Assembly: GCA_002772695.1 (NCBI GenBank)
Contig: PFDI01000003.1
Location: 11,914-75,913 of the forward strand
Source of the DNA: Candidatus Pacebacteria bacterium CG10_big_fil_rev_8_21_14_0_10_44_54
Lineage (GTDB): Bacteria > Patescibacteriota > Microgenomatia > UBA1400 > PJMF01
Reading direction: 5' to 3'
Length of the DNA stretch: 64,000 bases
Of this stretch, positions 1 to 9,146 are shown in pieces. The notes beneath the pieces were generated by a model. That model was given only the letters and a program-made list of their open reading frames with translations. It had not been told where the DNA came from and did not search any database. Positions within the stretch are counted from its first letter, which is position 1; every line of letters starts with the position of its first letter. The position numbers and the translations under genes are program-made.

Positions 1-653
1 CGACTCATTGTTTCAAGTATTTGGTCAGAGTGGATAGCTTCGGTTGGATCTGTCGCTAGCATAGTTGGCAAGTGAGGATAGTGAAGTCCTTCATGTTGAA
101 TTTTGGATGGCAACTTCTGATTAAATGCAAAAACTCTTCGCCAATGCCAGAATGAGTATTGGTTTCTCTGTGGACCAATATAATCAAAGTTCACAAATAA
201 TCCATCTGGTTGTAAAGAATTAGATAATATGTATAGCAATCGGTTGAGATACTGTACGTGATGCAAGGCTGCATTATTTACTATCAGATCAAACTCACCC
301 GCTTTAAAAGAAATGGTGTTGGCATCAGCCTGGAAGTATTGAATAGTACGTTTTCCCTTTTTGGATTCTGCTTCTGCTAGCAAATCTGCAGACCAATCAA
401 AAGAAACAGCTTGTTTGACAATTTTTTTATCTATAAACTCACGCGACAACCACCCATTGCCGTCACAGAGAAAAAGTGCTCTTTTGAATTGAAACGGGCT
501 CGGAGCAAACCGTTCCTGAAAATCTGTCGTCCACCATTTATTTTTATCACCAGTAAAATTTTGACACATATACTCCTGCACCTCTGGTAGATCATTCCAG
601 TACTGCCCTTGGTAGTACACTTTTGCATCGCTAGGGACTATTGTTTTTTTCAT
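1..653 (-). CDS. class I SAM-dependent methyltransferase (start codon at 651-653, 3' end beyond window edge; partial)
   Basis: Hand translation of the minus strand from the ATG complement at 651-653 gives an open frame to position 1 (MKKTIVPSDAKVYYQGQYWNDLPEV...LCDGNGWLSREF...FDLIVNNAALHHVQ...LQPDGLFV). It shows a Rossmann-fold methyltransferase motif I/II/III pattern. It is absent from the ORF track because it runs off the window. Confidence 0.55.
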   Translation of the reverse strand, partial: MKKTIVPSDAKVYYQGQYWNDLPEVQEYMCQNFTGDKNKWWTTDFQERFAPSPFQFKRALFLCDGNGWLSREFIDKKIVKQAVSFDWSADLLAEAESKKGKRTIQYFQADANTISFKAGEFDLIVNNAALHHVQYLNRLLYILSNSLQPDGLFVNFDYIGPQRNQYSFWHWRRVFAFNQKLPSKIQHEGLHYPHLPTMLATDPTEAIHSDQILETMS

Positions 654-764
654 AAAGTTACAAATAATGTATGTGTTAAGATTAATTTAAACTAATTTCA
701 AGAAATCAAACTGAAAAAAAAGCCTTTTGTCTCAATTATCATTGTAAATTATAACGGACTGCAT

Positions 765-2132
765 TTGCTCCGCAATTGTTTGAGTTCTATCTTCAAAAGC
801 AGTTATTCAAAAAGTAAATTTGAAGTCATCGTTGTGGACAATAACTCACACGATGGTTCATGTGCATTTATCAAAAAAAACTTCCCAAAAGTTACAATTA
901 TCCGTCTTAAAGAGAATGTGGGCTTTGCCATGGGAAATAACGAAGGCTATAAGCACGCTCGTGGTGAATATATTGCCTTGCTGAATAATGATACTGAAGT
1001 AGACAAAAATTGGCTAACTGAACTAGTTGCGGTAGCTCAAGACTCCAGGGTTGGCATTGTTGCATCAAAAATTTTGTTGCAAGTACCGTTTGTCGAAGTA
1101 TCTATTACAAGCAGTGTTGTACAGCAATCTGATCTTGATCAATCAACAAATTTTTCTCCACGCGGTGTCTTGATTGAGGACATTAGTTGTCCTAACTCTG
1201 ATTGTCGCGACCTCATTTGGTATTCGACAGGTTTTGACAAACAGAAGGTACTCAGTGGTGTTGGCTTGCGCTGGACAACGGGCAAGGCTACAGTATTGCT
1301 ACCTATTCTAGAGGAAAAGAACACGTTTTCATTTGTATTTCATGGTTATCCAAGTAACGACAGCCAACTTCCGATGAACGCTAAAGTATCTGTCAAAAAC
1401 AAAGAACTATGTCACTTTTCACTCTCTCCCAACTCTGTCTTTAATAAAAAGATTACTATAAATAAATCGACGTGTGCCGATAACCTTGTTTGGCTGGTTC
1501 AGAATGCCGGCAACCTGCTTCTCAAGGATGGTTATAGCAAAGATATCGGTAGTGTGACGAGGATCTTGGGAGGATCAGTCGAAGAATTTTATGAACCAGA
1601 TTCACAGTTTTTTTCCCAAGAAAGAAAGCTCGTTTCAGCTTGTGGAGCCGGGATGTTAATAAAGCGAGAAGTAATCGAAAAAATTGGGTTCTTTAACCAA
1701 CACTACTTTATGTACTACGAAGACATTGATTTTTGTCTGAGAGTTTGGAAACACGGTTGGGACATTGTATTTGCACCAAAGGCAATTATGCACCACACTC
1801 ATAGAGCCACGACTGGAAAAACAGAATCAAGCTTTTTTATCAGCATGATAGAGAAGAATCATCTATTTTTATTGCTCACTCATTTTTCGCTCAGCACATT
1901 TTTGCAAGAATATTTCCTCTTTGGCTGTCGCTTATTTGATGCAATCTTGAAACAATTTGTGTTTCGATTTAAGCATTGGGATAAATACCAGATTTGGAAA
2001 ATCAAAGCCTCTGGCAGACTTGATGCCTTCATCTCATTTCATAAAAAAATCTTTACTTTTATAAAAATTCGTTATTGGTGGAAATCTCGAGAAGTAAGAA
2101 ACTATAATCAACTAAAACACCATTTGTACTAA
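765..2132 (+). CDS. glycosyltransferase family 2 (GT2), with extended C-terminal region
   Basis: FEVIVVDNNSHDGS...NVGFAMGNNEGYK...YIALLNNDTEV (DXD) and a C-terminal ED..FCLR block. The canonical GT2 N-terminus SIIIVNYNG is encoded in frame upstream (about 732-764) of the first ATG/GTG/TTG codon, so the true start is probably a non-canonical codon near 705-735. Confidence 0.8.
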   Translation: MLRNCLSSIFKSSYSKSKFEVIVVDNNSHDGSCAFIKKNFPKVTIIRLKENVGFAMGNNEGYKHARGEYIALLNNDTEVDKNWLTELVAVAQDSRVGIVASKILLQVPFVEVSITSSVVQQSDLDQSTNFSPRGVLIEDISCPNSDCRDLIWYSTGFDKQKVLSGVGLRWTTGKATVLLPILEEKNTFSFVFHGYPSNDSQLPMNAKVSVKNKELCHFSLSPNSVFNKKITINKSTCADNLVWLVQNAGNLLLKDGYSKDIGSVTRILGGSVEEFYEPDSQFFSQERKLVSACGAGMLIKREVIEKIGFFNQHYFMYYEDIDFCLRVWKHGWDIVFAPKAIMHHTHRATTGKTESSFFISMIEKNHLFLLLTHFSLSTFLQEYFLFGCRLFDAILKQFVFRFKHWDKYQIWKIKASGRLDAFISFHKKIFTFIKIRYWWKSREVRNYNQLKHHLY

Positions 2133-2134
2133 AT

Positions 2135-3688
2135 ATGAAATCAAGTCATAAAACTGCTGGAATTTACAATAGATGGTTATTTACACTTGGTGGTGGAGAA
2201 CAAGTAACTTTTGCGTACGCAGAAGCCCTGAGAGATGCAGGTTATAAAACAACGCTTGTCACACATAAAAAAGTAGATGTAGAGTCTGCAGAAAAAAAAA
2301 TGGGGGTATCTCTCACAGATATTGAACTTCGTTATGAACCACTGCGTCCTGTAACAGAACTCTCTGGTATTTCACAAGAGTATGATTTGTTTATAAATAC
2401 CTCCTATCTTGATTACTTTCCCAACAGAAGTAGTAATGGATTTCTATCGGTTTTCTTTCCCGCTGAAATTTATCTATCTCTCTGGGAGTGGTGCAAACGA
2501 ACTATTTTTTTGCCCTCACTAAAGTTACTTTTTATTTACCCGACTGATTATTCTGGTTTTTCACATGATACATTTGAAGAAGGAAAAATTTGTAAGTGGC
2601 TTGGAGAGAGTTCGGAGATTTCATTTTCAAATCAGACTATTTACTCACTCGCTATTGAGCTGCACGTTCCAACTTTTGCTGTTTCGATAGTAGAATCACT
2701 GGTATTTTTTATAAACAAAAAAACCGTTTCTCCAGATAGAAAACGACTCAATCATACGACAAACACGCTTAGATATTTTTTTTGTAGCTCTGAGCCAATC
2801 GTAAATTTTGCTATAACACACAAAAAATGGAAGATACAGAAAATAAGCTTAGTAAAACTAACCATTCCTAAATGGCGATACTATTTGTACAACATATTTA
2901 AGCTTTTATTTCCAAAATGGGAAATGCGCCTTCATGGCGGTCCAGGTGTAACTTCACTCAGTGATATCCAATCATACAAAAGAATTATAACCATCAGCAA
3001 ATTTTGTCAGTACTGGATTAAGCAATATTGGGGTTTGGAAAGCGAGGTATTATATCCTCCAGTAAACACTAGTGTATTTTTGCCTGCCAAAAACAAGCAA
3101 AACTGGATATGCCATATTGGAAGATTTTTTGTTACAGGTCACTCAAAAAAGCAGCTCGAACTAATTAGAGTATTTAAAGAACTTGTTGACTCAAAACAAC
3201 TTATTGATTGGCAACTACATCTGATTGGATCTGTTCACGAAGGAGCAAACCACGAGGCATACTACAAAGCATGCTTGAACGAAGCTTTGGGGTATCCTAT
3301 CCAATTTCACTGCGAGGCTCCATTTGTAGAAGTTCGAGAAGTGCTCTCAAAAAGTAAGATATATTGGCATGCTACTGGTCTCGATGAAGACCAGAAAAAG
3401 CAACCTATTCTAATGGAACACTTTGGGATTACCACTGTGGAGGCTATGGCGTCTGGTTGTGTTCCTATTGTAATCAATGCAGGAGGACAACCTGAAATTG
3501 TCATCGCCGAATCAGGCTTTACTTGGAATAACCGAGAGGAACTAAAAGAATACACGGCACGAGTTGCAAACAACAGCGAGTTGCGACAACAACTTAGTAT
3601 AGCTGCAAAAAAGAGAAGCGCATACTTTAGTAAGAAAAAATTTCGTGAACGATTCCTAAAAATCCTTAAAAGCAATCAAAAAACTTAA
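2135..3688 (+). CDS. glycosyltransferase family 4 (GT1 superfamily, GT-B fold)
   Basis: N-terminal GGGEQVTFAYAEAL and C-terminal EHFGITTVEAMASGCVPIVINAGGQPEIV match the GT4 E-x7-E region. Confidence 0.75.
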   Translation: MKSSHKTAGIYNRWLFTLGGGEQVTFAYAEALRDAGYKTTLVTHKKVDVESAEKKMGVSLTDIELRYEPLRPVTELSGISQEYDLFINTSYLDYFPNRSSNGFLSVFFPAEIYLSLWEWCKRTIFLPSLKLLFIYPTDYSGFSHDTFEEGKICKWLGESSEISFSNQTIYSLAIELHVPTFAVSIVESLVFFINKKTVSPDRKRLNHTTNTLRYFFCSSEPIVNFAITHKKWKIQKISLVKLTIPKWRYYLYNIFKLLFPKWEMRLHGGPGVTSLSDIQSYKRIITISKFCQYWIKQYWGLESEVLYPPVNTSVFLPAKNKQNWICHIGRFFVTGHSKKQLELIRVFKELVDSKQLIDWQLHLIGSVHEGANHEAYYKACLNEALGYPIQFHCEAPFVEVREVLSKSKIYWHATGLDEDQKKQPILMEHFGITTVEAMASGCVPIVINAGGQPEIVIAESGFTWNNREELKEYTARVANNSELRQQLSIAAKKRSAYFSKKKFRERFLKILKSNQKT

Positions 3689-4350
3689 TTAGGCTTGGTT
3701 CCAACAAAAAATAACCAGTGATACCACTCAGTTTCATGCCAACTTGGATTAGACATTCTACTTGGATCTTGCCAATTAAGCGATCTTATTTTTCGCCAAC
3801 CTCGAATGGGGTTGGCATCTTCCAAATTAATAAATCCTGCTTTGGTAAACCAGCGTATTGCATCAGCTTTTGTCCACAACCAATGATGAACGTCATAGAT
3901 ATTTCTGTGACCACCCACGCTCCATTGTTGAAGCTGCTCTAGTTTAATTCGGTTCTTGGCCACAGACTGAGAAATCTTTTCAAAATCTGGCGTTACCATC
4001 ACAAAACGAGCCCCAGGACTCAACACCCTATATACCTCTTTCAGCACACTTGTAGTTGTGCCAATTTGCTTTTGTATTGCTGCAGAAGAAAACTCAGGGT
4101 GGCAAAAGTGCTCCATGACATGAACTGCCCTAATTTCTTGAGTGATAAAATTATCCGGAAATGGAAGCCAGCGGATATCGGCTAATATATCAACATCTTT
4201 TCCTGTTTGAATATCTAGATGGGTGTAGCCTGGTTCTGGATATTCTCCAGATCCCAAATCAAGTTTTGAAATTTTATCGGGATAGTTTCTGAGAACATAC
4301 TGTTTTGAGTGAAATCTTTTTTGATTCGTCATATAGCTTGATGATATCAT
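3685..4350 (-). CDS. class I SAM-dependent methyltransferase (Methyltransf_11-like)
   Basis: LDLGSGEYPEPGYTHLD...DVDILADIRWLPFPDNF...VHVMEHF. Its stop overlaps the stop of the upstream GT4 gene by 4 nt (convergent). Confidence 0.65.
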   Translation of the reverse strand: MISSSYMTNQKRFHSKQYVLRNYPDKISKLDLGSGEYPEPGYTHLDIQTGKDVDILADIRWLPFPDNFITQEIRAVHVMEHFCHPEFSSAAIQKQIGTTTSVLKEVYRVLSPGARFVMVTPDFEKISQSVAKNRIKLEQLQQWSVGGHRNIYDVHHWLWTKADAIRWFTKAGFINLEDANPIRGWRKIRSLNWQDPSRMSNPSWHETEWYHWLFFVGTKPN

Positions 4351-4358
4351 TGCGTCTG

Positions 4359-5987
4359 ATGAAACGTCATCTTTTTTTCAAGTATAAATTTTTTCAACAC
4401 TGGCTGTTATTTCTGGTGATTCCAATTTTTTTTCTTCTTTTGCTTCGCAACCCTTTTTCCAACCGCAACCTCATCGCAAACCTCGGACCATTCCCAGACG
4501 TATTTCATTACATCACGGGCGCGCAGTGTTTCCTCGATGGTCAAGGGTTCTCTCTTTGCAGGCATAGCGAGAAGATTGACACAAGTGTGCCGCCTCTGTA
4601 CTCGGCACTGCTTCTACCATTTCTTCTCATCAATAACGACCCCCGCATGTTTTACTTTCTCAACCTTATACTGGCAACTTCGAGCTTGTTTCTCATGTAT
4701 CTTATCCTAAAAAAAATAGTGGTTAGAAACACACTTATCTTTTTGGGACTAGTGCTCTATGTGACAAGCTACCTGACATACTGGTACCCGACACTGGCAA
4801 TGGCAGAAAACCTACTCCTGCCAATTGTTTTATCACTCTTCTTCCTGCTGCTATACAAACCAAACAAAGCAAGAGCGGCACTTTTTGGGGCACTGGCTGT
4901 TGGAACCTATGCAAGTAAGTACTCGGCAGCGCCGATTACGCTCGGGTTTTTAGCCTTGTATGTGTGGCATATTGTCGGTAGTAACAAAAAGGGGAGAATA
5001 AACCTCTTGAGTGTGCTAGCCATGTGCGCACTGCTCGCGATCAGTGTGACCCAAAGCAGAAGCATTGTCACCAAGGGTCTTGATTTTTTTCAAAATACTA
5101 TTATCGCGCAAGTTAACCAAAATATTCCTGATCCACAAGCAAGACCTGATGTATGGATTAGTGCAGAGTACTTCGGCAGAAACATTGTTTTGTACGCCAA
5201 AACACTTCTCGGTTATACCGTGCTGATCCTTTGGCATCGAGATAGTTTTCTTTTACAACCGCTCTCGATTCTTGGTTTGCTGGGTATTGCTTTGGGAATA
5301 GTCAGAAAAAGTCGGTATCGTTTTTTCTTCTCGTCAATAGTAATAATTTTGACTTTGCAGATCGTCACACTCTCGTTTTTTTATTCATTTGAGAGTCGGT
5401 ATGTCTTGTATCTTCTGCCACTACAAATTGTCGGAGTAGTTTTTGCAGTACGGTTGTTGGTAGAAGTAGTGGCAAAATACTTCCCACGCATTCCAAGTTC
5501 TATTCTTTCTGCCAGTGTAGTGCTGCTTATTTTGGGTCTATATGCACTCAGTTCGACACAGCGCCTCCGACACCAGGTTGTACTCAACCTAAAGTATAGT
5601 GAGTCACCCTGGTGGTATTTGTCAGTGCAAGAACTGAATGTATTTTTTTCTGAAAAGGGTGAGGAAATCCCATTTGTTATCACGATTGTTCCGACCTATT
5701 TTGTTGACTACTACACAAATGCAAACTACGAGATTCTTCCCCTATCAAACCAACAAAGCTTCGAAAATGACCTGTATATGCTGAGCAAGCCAGAGAGCTT
5801 GGAGTTGGAAAATTGGTTCGAAATACTCTTGAGAGAAAATAAAAAATTGTTCGTGATGAACTATGGTCTTTCAGCAGAGGCTGGCTATCAATATGCGTTT
5901 GACCATCTCGAAGAGCTATACAAGGTAACAAAGCTTACCGAAGGTTGCTACAATACGTGCAATATCTACTCGCTCGAACTCAGGTAG
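4359..5987 (+). CDS. polytopic membrane protein, GT-C-like (PMT/ArnT-like) putative glycosyltransferase; paralogous to the middle and C-terminal blocks of the adjacent 6001-9141 product
   Basis: More than 10 predicted TM helices. The N-terminal loop PDVFHYITGAQCFLDGQGF resembles the DE..Y..A motif of GT-C PMT/ArnT enzymes. The C-terminal block LFVMNYGL...CYNTCNIYSL aligns with LFLSDYGL...CYDQCALLRV of the 6001 product. The ORF-track start at 4305 overlaps the divergent gene, so an internal Met at 4359 is preferred. Confidence 0.5.
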   Translation: MKRHLFFKYKFFQHWLLFLVIPIFFLLLLRNPFSNRNLIANLGPFPDVFHYITGAQCFLDGQGFSLCRHSEKIDTSVPPLYSALLLPFLLINNDPRMFYFLNLILATSSLFLMYLILKKIVVRNTLIFLGLVLYVTSYLTYWYPTLAMAENLLLPIVLSLFFLLLYKPNKARAALFGALAVGTYASKYSAAPITLGFLALYVWHIVGSNKKGRINLLSVLAMCALLAISVTQSRSIVTKGLDFFQNTIIAQVNQNIPDPQARPDVWISAEYFGRNIVLYAKTLLGYTVLILWHRDSFLLQPLSILGLLGIALGIVRKSRYRFFFSSIVIILTLQIVTLSFFYSFESRYVLYLLPLQIVGVVFAVRLLVEVVAKYFPRIPSSILSASVVLLILGLYALSSTQRLRHQVVLNLKYSESPWWYLSVQELNVFFSEKGEEIPFVITIVPTYFVDYYTNANYEILPLSNQQSFENDLYMLSKPESLELENWFEILLRENKKLFVMNYGLSAEAGYQYAFDHLEELYKVTKLTEGCYNTCNIYSLELR

Positions 5988-6000
5988 CAACCAAGCAATA

Positions 6001-9000
6001 ATGAAATCTACACCAAAGCTGCTTTTTTTTGTCTCTCTTTTCCTCCTTGCCTTCATCCCTTTGTACCCCAAAATCCCGCTGTTTGACATTCTGCCTGGTT
6101 ACATAGTTCGCGTCAGAGTAGAAGATATCCTGATGGTGATCGCAAGTGGCTTGTGGTTGTGGCACGCACTCAAAAACAAAACAAAGTGGCAAAGCGGCTA
6201 TCTTGGCATTATCGGACTCTATGCTGCTGTGGGAGTTTTTTCTATTGCCCTGGGCATTTTTCTACTCCAGACTATTCCCTTTGAAGTATTGCACATTGGC
6301 AAAAGTGCACTGCATTACTTTCGCTACCTTGAGTACTTCTCGCTCTTTTTTATAGCATTTTCTGGCATTCGCACCAAAAAACAAGCAACAAAGGCTGTGT
6401 TTGTACTCGCCGCTACTACATTTCTTATAATCATCTACGGTATTGGTCAAAAATACTTGCATTTTCCGCTGTACTCCACCATGAATAGAGAGTACAGCAA
6501 AGGCCAAGCCTTTTATCTTGAGGAGGGAGGCAAAATCAGCGCTACTTTTGGTGGGCATTATGACCTAGCCGCCTACCTCGTAATTATCTTACCGCTCCTT
6601 TTTTCTTTTTCGCTACAGTATCTAAAGAAATCAAAAGGCAAACTAGTGCTATTTGTCTGGCTCCAGACTATACATCTTGGTGGTGCTTGGCTCCTGTTAG
6701 AAACCGCCTCGAAAGCAGCTCTTATCGCCTACATCTTTGCTCTAGCGATCGTAATAGCGCTATACCTGAAAATGATTGCCAACAAACGACTTCGCACCCT
6801 GCTTTCTTCTGCAGCTTTACTTACATCAGCAGCAATTTTTTTTGCATTTCTTAGTCTTTTTGGTTCTCAAACCAAGATTCGATTTAGCAATCTCTACACC
6901 GCTTTGGTTAGCGACCAACAAAACCAAGACCCCAACGACCTAGTTGGAAACGGCTATGAATGGAAAACCTATACCCAGACATCTCCCGATGGTGAAGTCG
7001 TCACTACTAGAAAATTAGAAAAAAGTACCTGGTCACCAAATGCGCTGCGTTATGGCATTTCAATGGGAATTCGACTAGACACTCTCTGGCCACAGGCGCT
7101 CAAAGGACTCAGCAATAATCCGCTGTTTGGTAGTGGTTACGGTACACTATCCAAACTAGAGAACACACAATTTGTCGAGGCCGATAGTACCGATAACAAT
7201 TATCTCAGAACACTAGGTGAAACCGGATTACTTGGTTTTATCACCTTTTATGGCTTTGTTTTACTTGCCATGCGTCTTGTCTGGAATCAGCTAGAAAGAC
7301 ACAAAGGCATAACCCAAGCACTAAGTATTGGCTATCTTGGCGCAAGTCTCGGACTCCTAGTCAATGCTCTGTATATCGATGTTTTTGCTGCCTCCAAAGT
7401 CGCCTTTGTCTTTTGGGGAATAACTGGCTTTGTCCTGCGACTTGTTGCAAAGGAGCAGGGGAGTGATGCACTCAAAGCTATTCTCATGCACCTTGGCAAA
7501 CACAAAACGTTGTACGCCGCAGTTCTCTTGGCATTTTTCTTATTACAACAGAATCCTCTGGCGAATCACTCCAATCTACTCGCTTTTCATACTTCGACTC
7601 CTGCCTTCGAAAACTTTGTGGCTGCGCGCTGCTTCAGGCAGTCGTACTCATTTGCTCTTTGTCGCAATTCTGGCCTAATAACTGGCGAGCATTTTTCTTT
7701 CTACAGCATGTTGTTGCTGCCATTTTTGTGGTTGAGCAAGAATCCAGCAGTCTTTTATTACCTCAATCTCTCATTGGTTTTGACCACTCTCTTGCTGATG
7801 TACAAAAAACTAGGCATCAAGTCATTACTCTCACTACTACTCTTGGTAGTACTAGCCTATGAATACAACTTCACCGGCCAACCACTCGAAGACTCGCAGT
7901 TACTGCGACTAATGATTCTAGCCCCTGCCGCCATTTTGCTCTTACAAAAATTTATTCTTGCGGGAAAACATGCGCGCGTTGCAAAAGTTGTTCTGTATGG
8001 GGCACTCATGCTCTCTCCAGTCCTCTCTGCAAACTCAGGACAACGATTTCTAGAAAGTTTCCGCAATTCAGTTCAGGTGGTCAAACGAGATGCAGTTTTG
8101 CAAGCTAATTCCAGGCTTACTGCCGATGACTTTCTCATTACTGTACTTTCACCATACTATATTGATTTATTTAGCGACAAACCCTACCAAGTATTGCCAC
8201 TCTCACCGGCTCAGACCTACATGGATACACCAGAAAGAGTCTGGGGAGCTTATGACTTTTCCAATATGTATACGCTCTACGAGCGTCTGCTTGCCCAGGG
8301 CAAACAGTTATTTTTGTCAGATTATGGCTTGAATACCAATAAAGCTTTTTTCGAAGACTATGCTGCGCTGAGGCAGAACTTTGATGTTCGCTACGCCAAT
8401 CTAGATTGTTATGACCAGTGCGCGCTTTTGCGTGTCAACAAGTTGACCGAAAAAATCTCACCGCTACCTAGCTCAATTACAACAAAAAAACTTGAACCGA
8501 GTCTGCTCTCGAGTGAATACTCATTTGCCGTTATCTCAAATCGCTATGACAAAACAAACACTCAAACAGAGGTGGAGTATCTGGGCAAACTTGCAAACCA
8601 AAATGACGAATCATTTGCTTTTATGATTCTCACTGGAGATATTGTAAATAGCAAAGATTCTAGTGCTATTCAAACTGTAAACACGCTCTTTGCCAACCAA
8701 GCATCCTTTCCTGTACTCTACAGTCCGGGGAACTACGATCTCTTGCCAAGCAAGCCATATAATATAGCCAGCGAGCGATTCTATTCTGATCGAGATTATT
8801 TCATCCTACTGGATATAGGTCGCGACTCGGTGGCGACAAAACAGCAGCAATTATTTGTCTACAACGCATTGCTTGAGCTCGAGCAGTTGCCAAATATCCA
8901 AAATTTATTTATCATCTCGCATGACCTGAATTGGCAAGATCGTGATAATCCAAACAACTTCATTTTTGACCTTGAAGAAAAACTTGCTGCATTTCCAGAA

Positions 9001-9141
9001 CTAAAATCATACATTTTAACGGCGGATCATGCGCAAGCGGATACAAAAGAGAGTAGAAGTAAGTTTAATGGGAATAGTAAATATTATGCAAACACGCAAT
9101 CCGTCATTCGCGTAACCAAAAATGGTGAAATACTATTTTAG
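6001..9141 (+). CDS. 1046-aa multidomain membrane protein: N-terminal Wzy_C (O-antigen ligase/O-oligosaccharyltransferase-like) domain + GT-C-like paralogous segment + C-terminal degenerate calcineurin-like metallophosphoesterase-like domain
   Basis: Residues 1-480 are collinear with the 17769-19391 product (FIPLYPKIPLFDILPGYIVRVRVEDI, STMNREYSKG, IRLDTLWPQA, STDNNYLRTLGETGLLGF, a WaaL/Wzy_C HNxYLxxLxExG-type motif). Residues from about 530 are homologous to the N- and C-terminal blocks of the 4359-5987 product. The C-terminus carries MILTGDIVN...SPGNYDL...ISHD, which resembles MPE motifs II/III with His replaced by Tyr. Confidence 0.7.
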   Translation: MKSTPKLLFFVSLFLLAFIPLYPKIPLFDILPGYIVRVRVEDILMVIASGLWLWHALKNKTKWQSGYLGIIGLYAAVGVFSIALGIFLLQTIPFEVLHIGKSALHYFRYLEYFSLFFIAFSGIRTKKQATKAVFVLAATTFLIIIYGIGQKYLHFPLYSTMNREYSKGQAFYLEEGGKISATFGGHYDLAAYLVIILPLLFSFSLQYLKKSKGKLVLFVWLQTIHLGGAWLLLETASKAALIAYIFALAIVIALYLKMIANKRLRTLLSSAALLTSAAIFFAFLSLFGSQTKIRFSNLYTALVSDQQNQDPNDLVGNGYEWKTYTQTSPDGEVVTTRKLEKSTWSPNALRYGISMGIRLDTLWPQALKGLSNNPLFGSGYGTLSKLENTQFVEADSTDNNYLRTLGETGLLGFITFYGFVLLAMRLVWNQLERHKGITQALSIGYLGASLGLLVNALYIDVFAASKVAFVFWGITGFVLRLVAKEQGSDALKAILMHLGKHKTLYAAVLLAFFLLQQNPLANHSNLLAFHTSTPAFENFVAARCFRQSYSFALCRNSGLITGEHFSFYSMLLLPFLWLSKNPAVFYYLNLSLVLTTLLLMYKKLGIKSLLSLLLLVVLAYEYNFTGQPLEDSQLLRLMILAPAAILLLQKFILAGKHARVAKVVLYGALMLSPVLSANSGQRFLESFRNSVQVVKRDAVLQANSRLTADDFLITVLSPYYIDLFSDKPYQVLPLSPAQTYMDTPERVWGAYDFSNMYTLYERLLAQGKQLFLSDYGLNTNKAFFEDYAALRQNFDVRYANLDCYDQCALLRVNKLTEKISPLPSSITTKKLEPSLLSSEYSFAVISNRYDKTNTQTEVEYLGKLANQNDESFAFMILTGDIVNSKDSSAIQTVNTLFANQASFPVLYSPGNYDLLPSKPYNIASERFYSDRDYFILLDIGRDSVATKQQQLFVYNALLELEQLPNIQNLFIISHDLNWQDRDNPNNFIFDLEEKLAAFPELKSYILTADHAQADTKESRSKFNGNSKYYANTQSVIRVTKNGEILF

Positions 9142-9146
9142 GCACC

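Noticed and set aside
3307-3675. Antisense ORFs inside well-supported genes (for example 3307-3675, 5016-5237, 5381-5931, 13705-14154, 24985-25311, 30249-31219, 40593-41087, 46407-46748, 47114-47782, 49388-49809, 52515-52883; all on the minus strand)
   Set aside because: They lie fully inside strongly supported sense-strand genes, show low-complexity or no recognisable motifs, and have no promoter context. They are treated as spurious.
9142-9146. Possible bidirectional terminator between the convergent 6001-9141 and UXS genes
   Set aside because: Only 5 bp separate the stop codons and there is no hairpin. Termination signals, if any, must lie within coding sequence.
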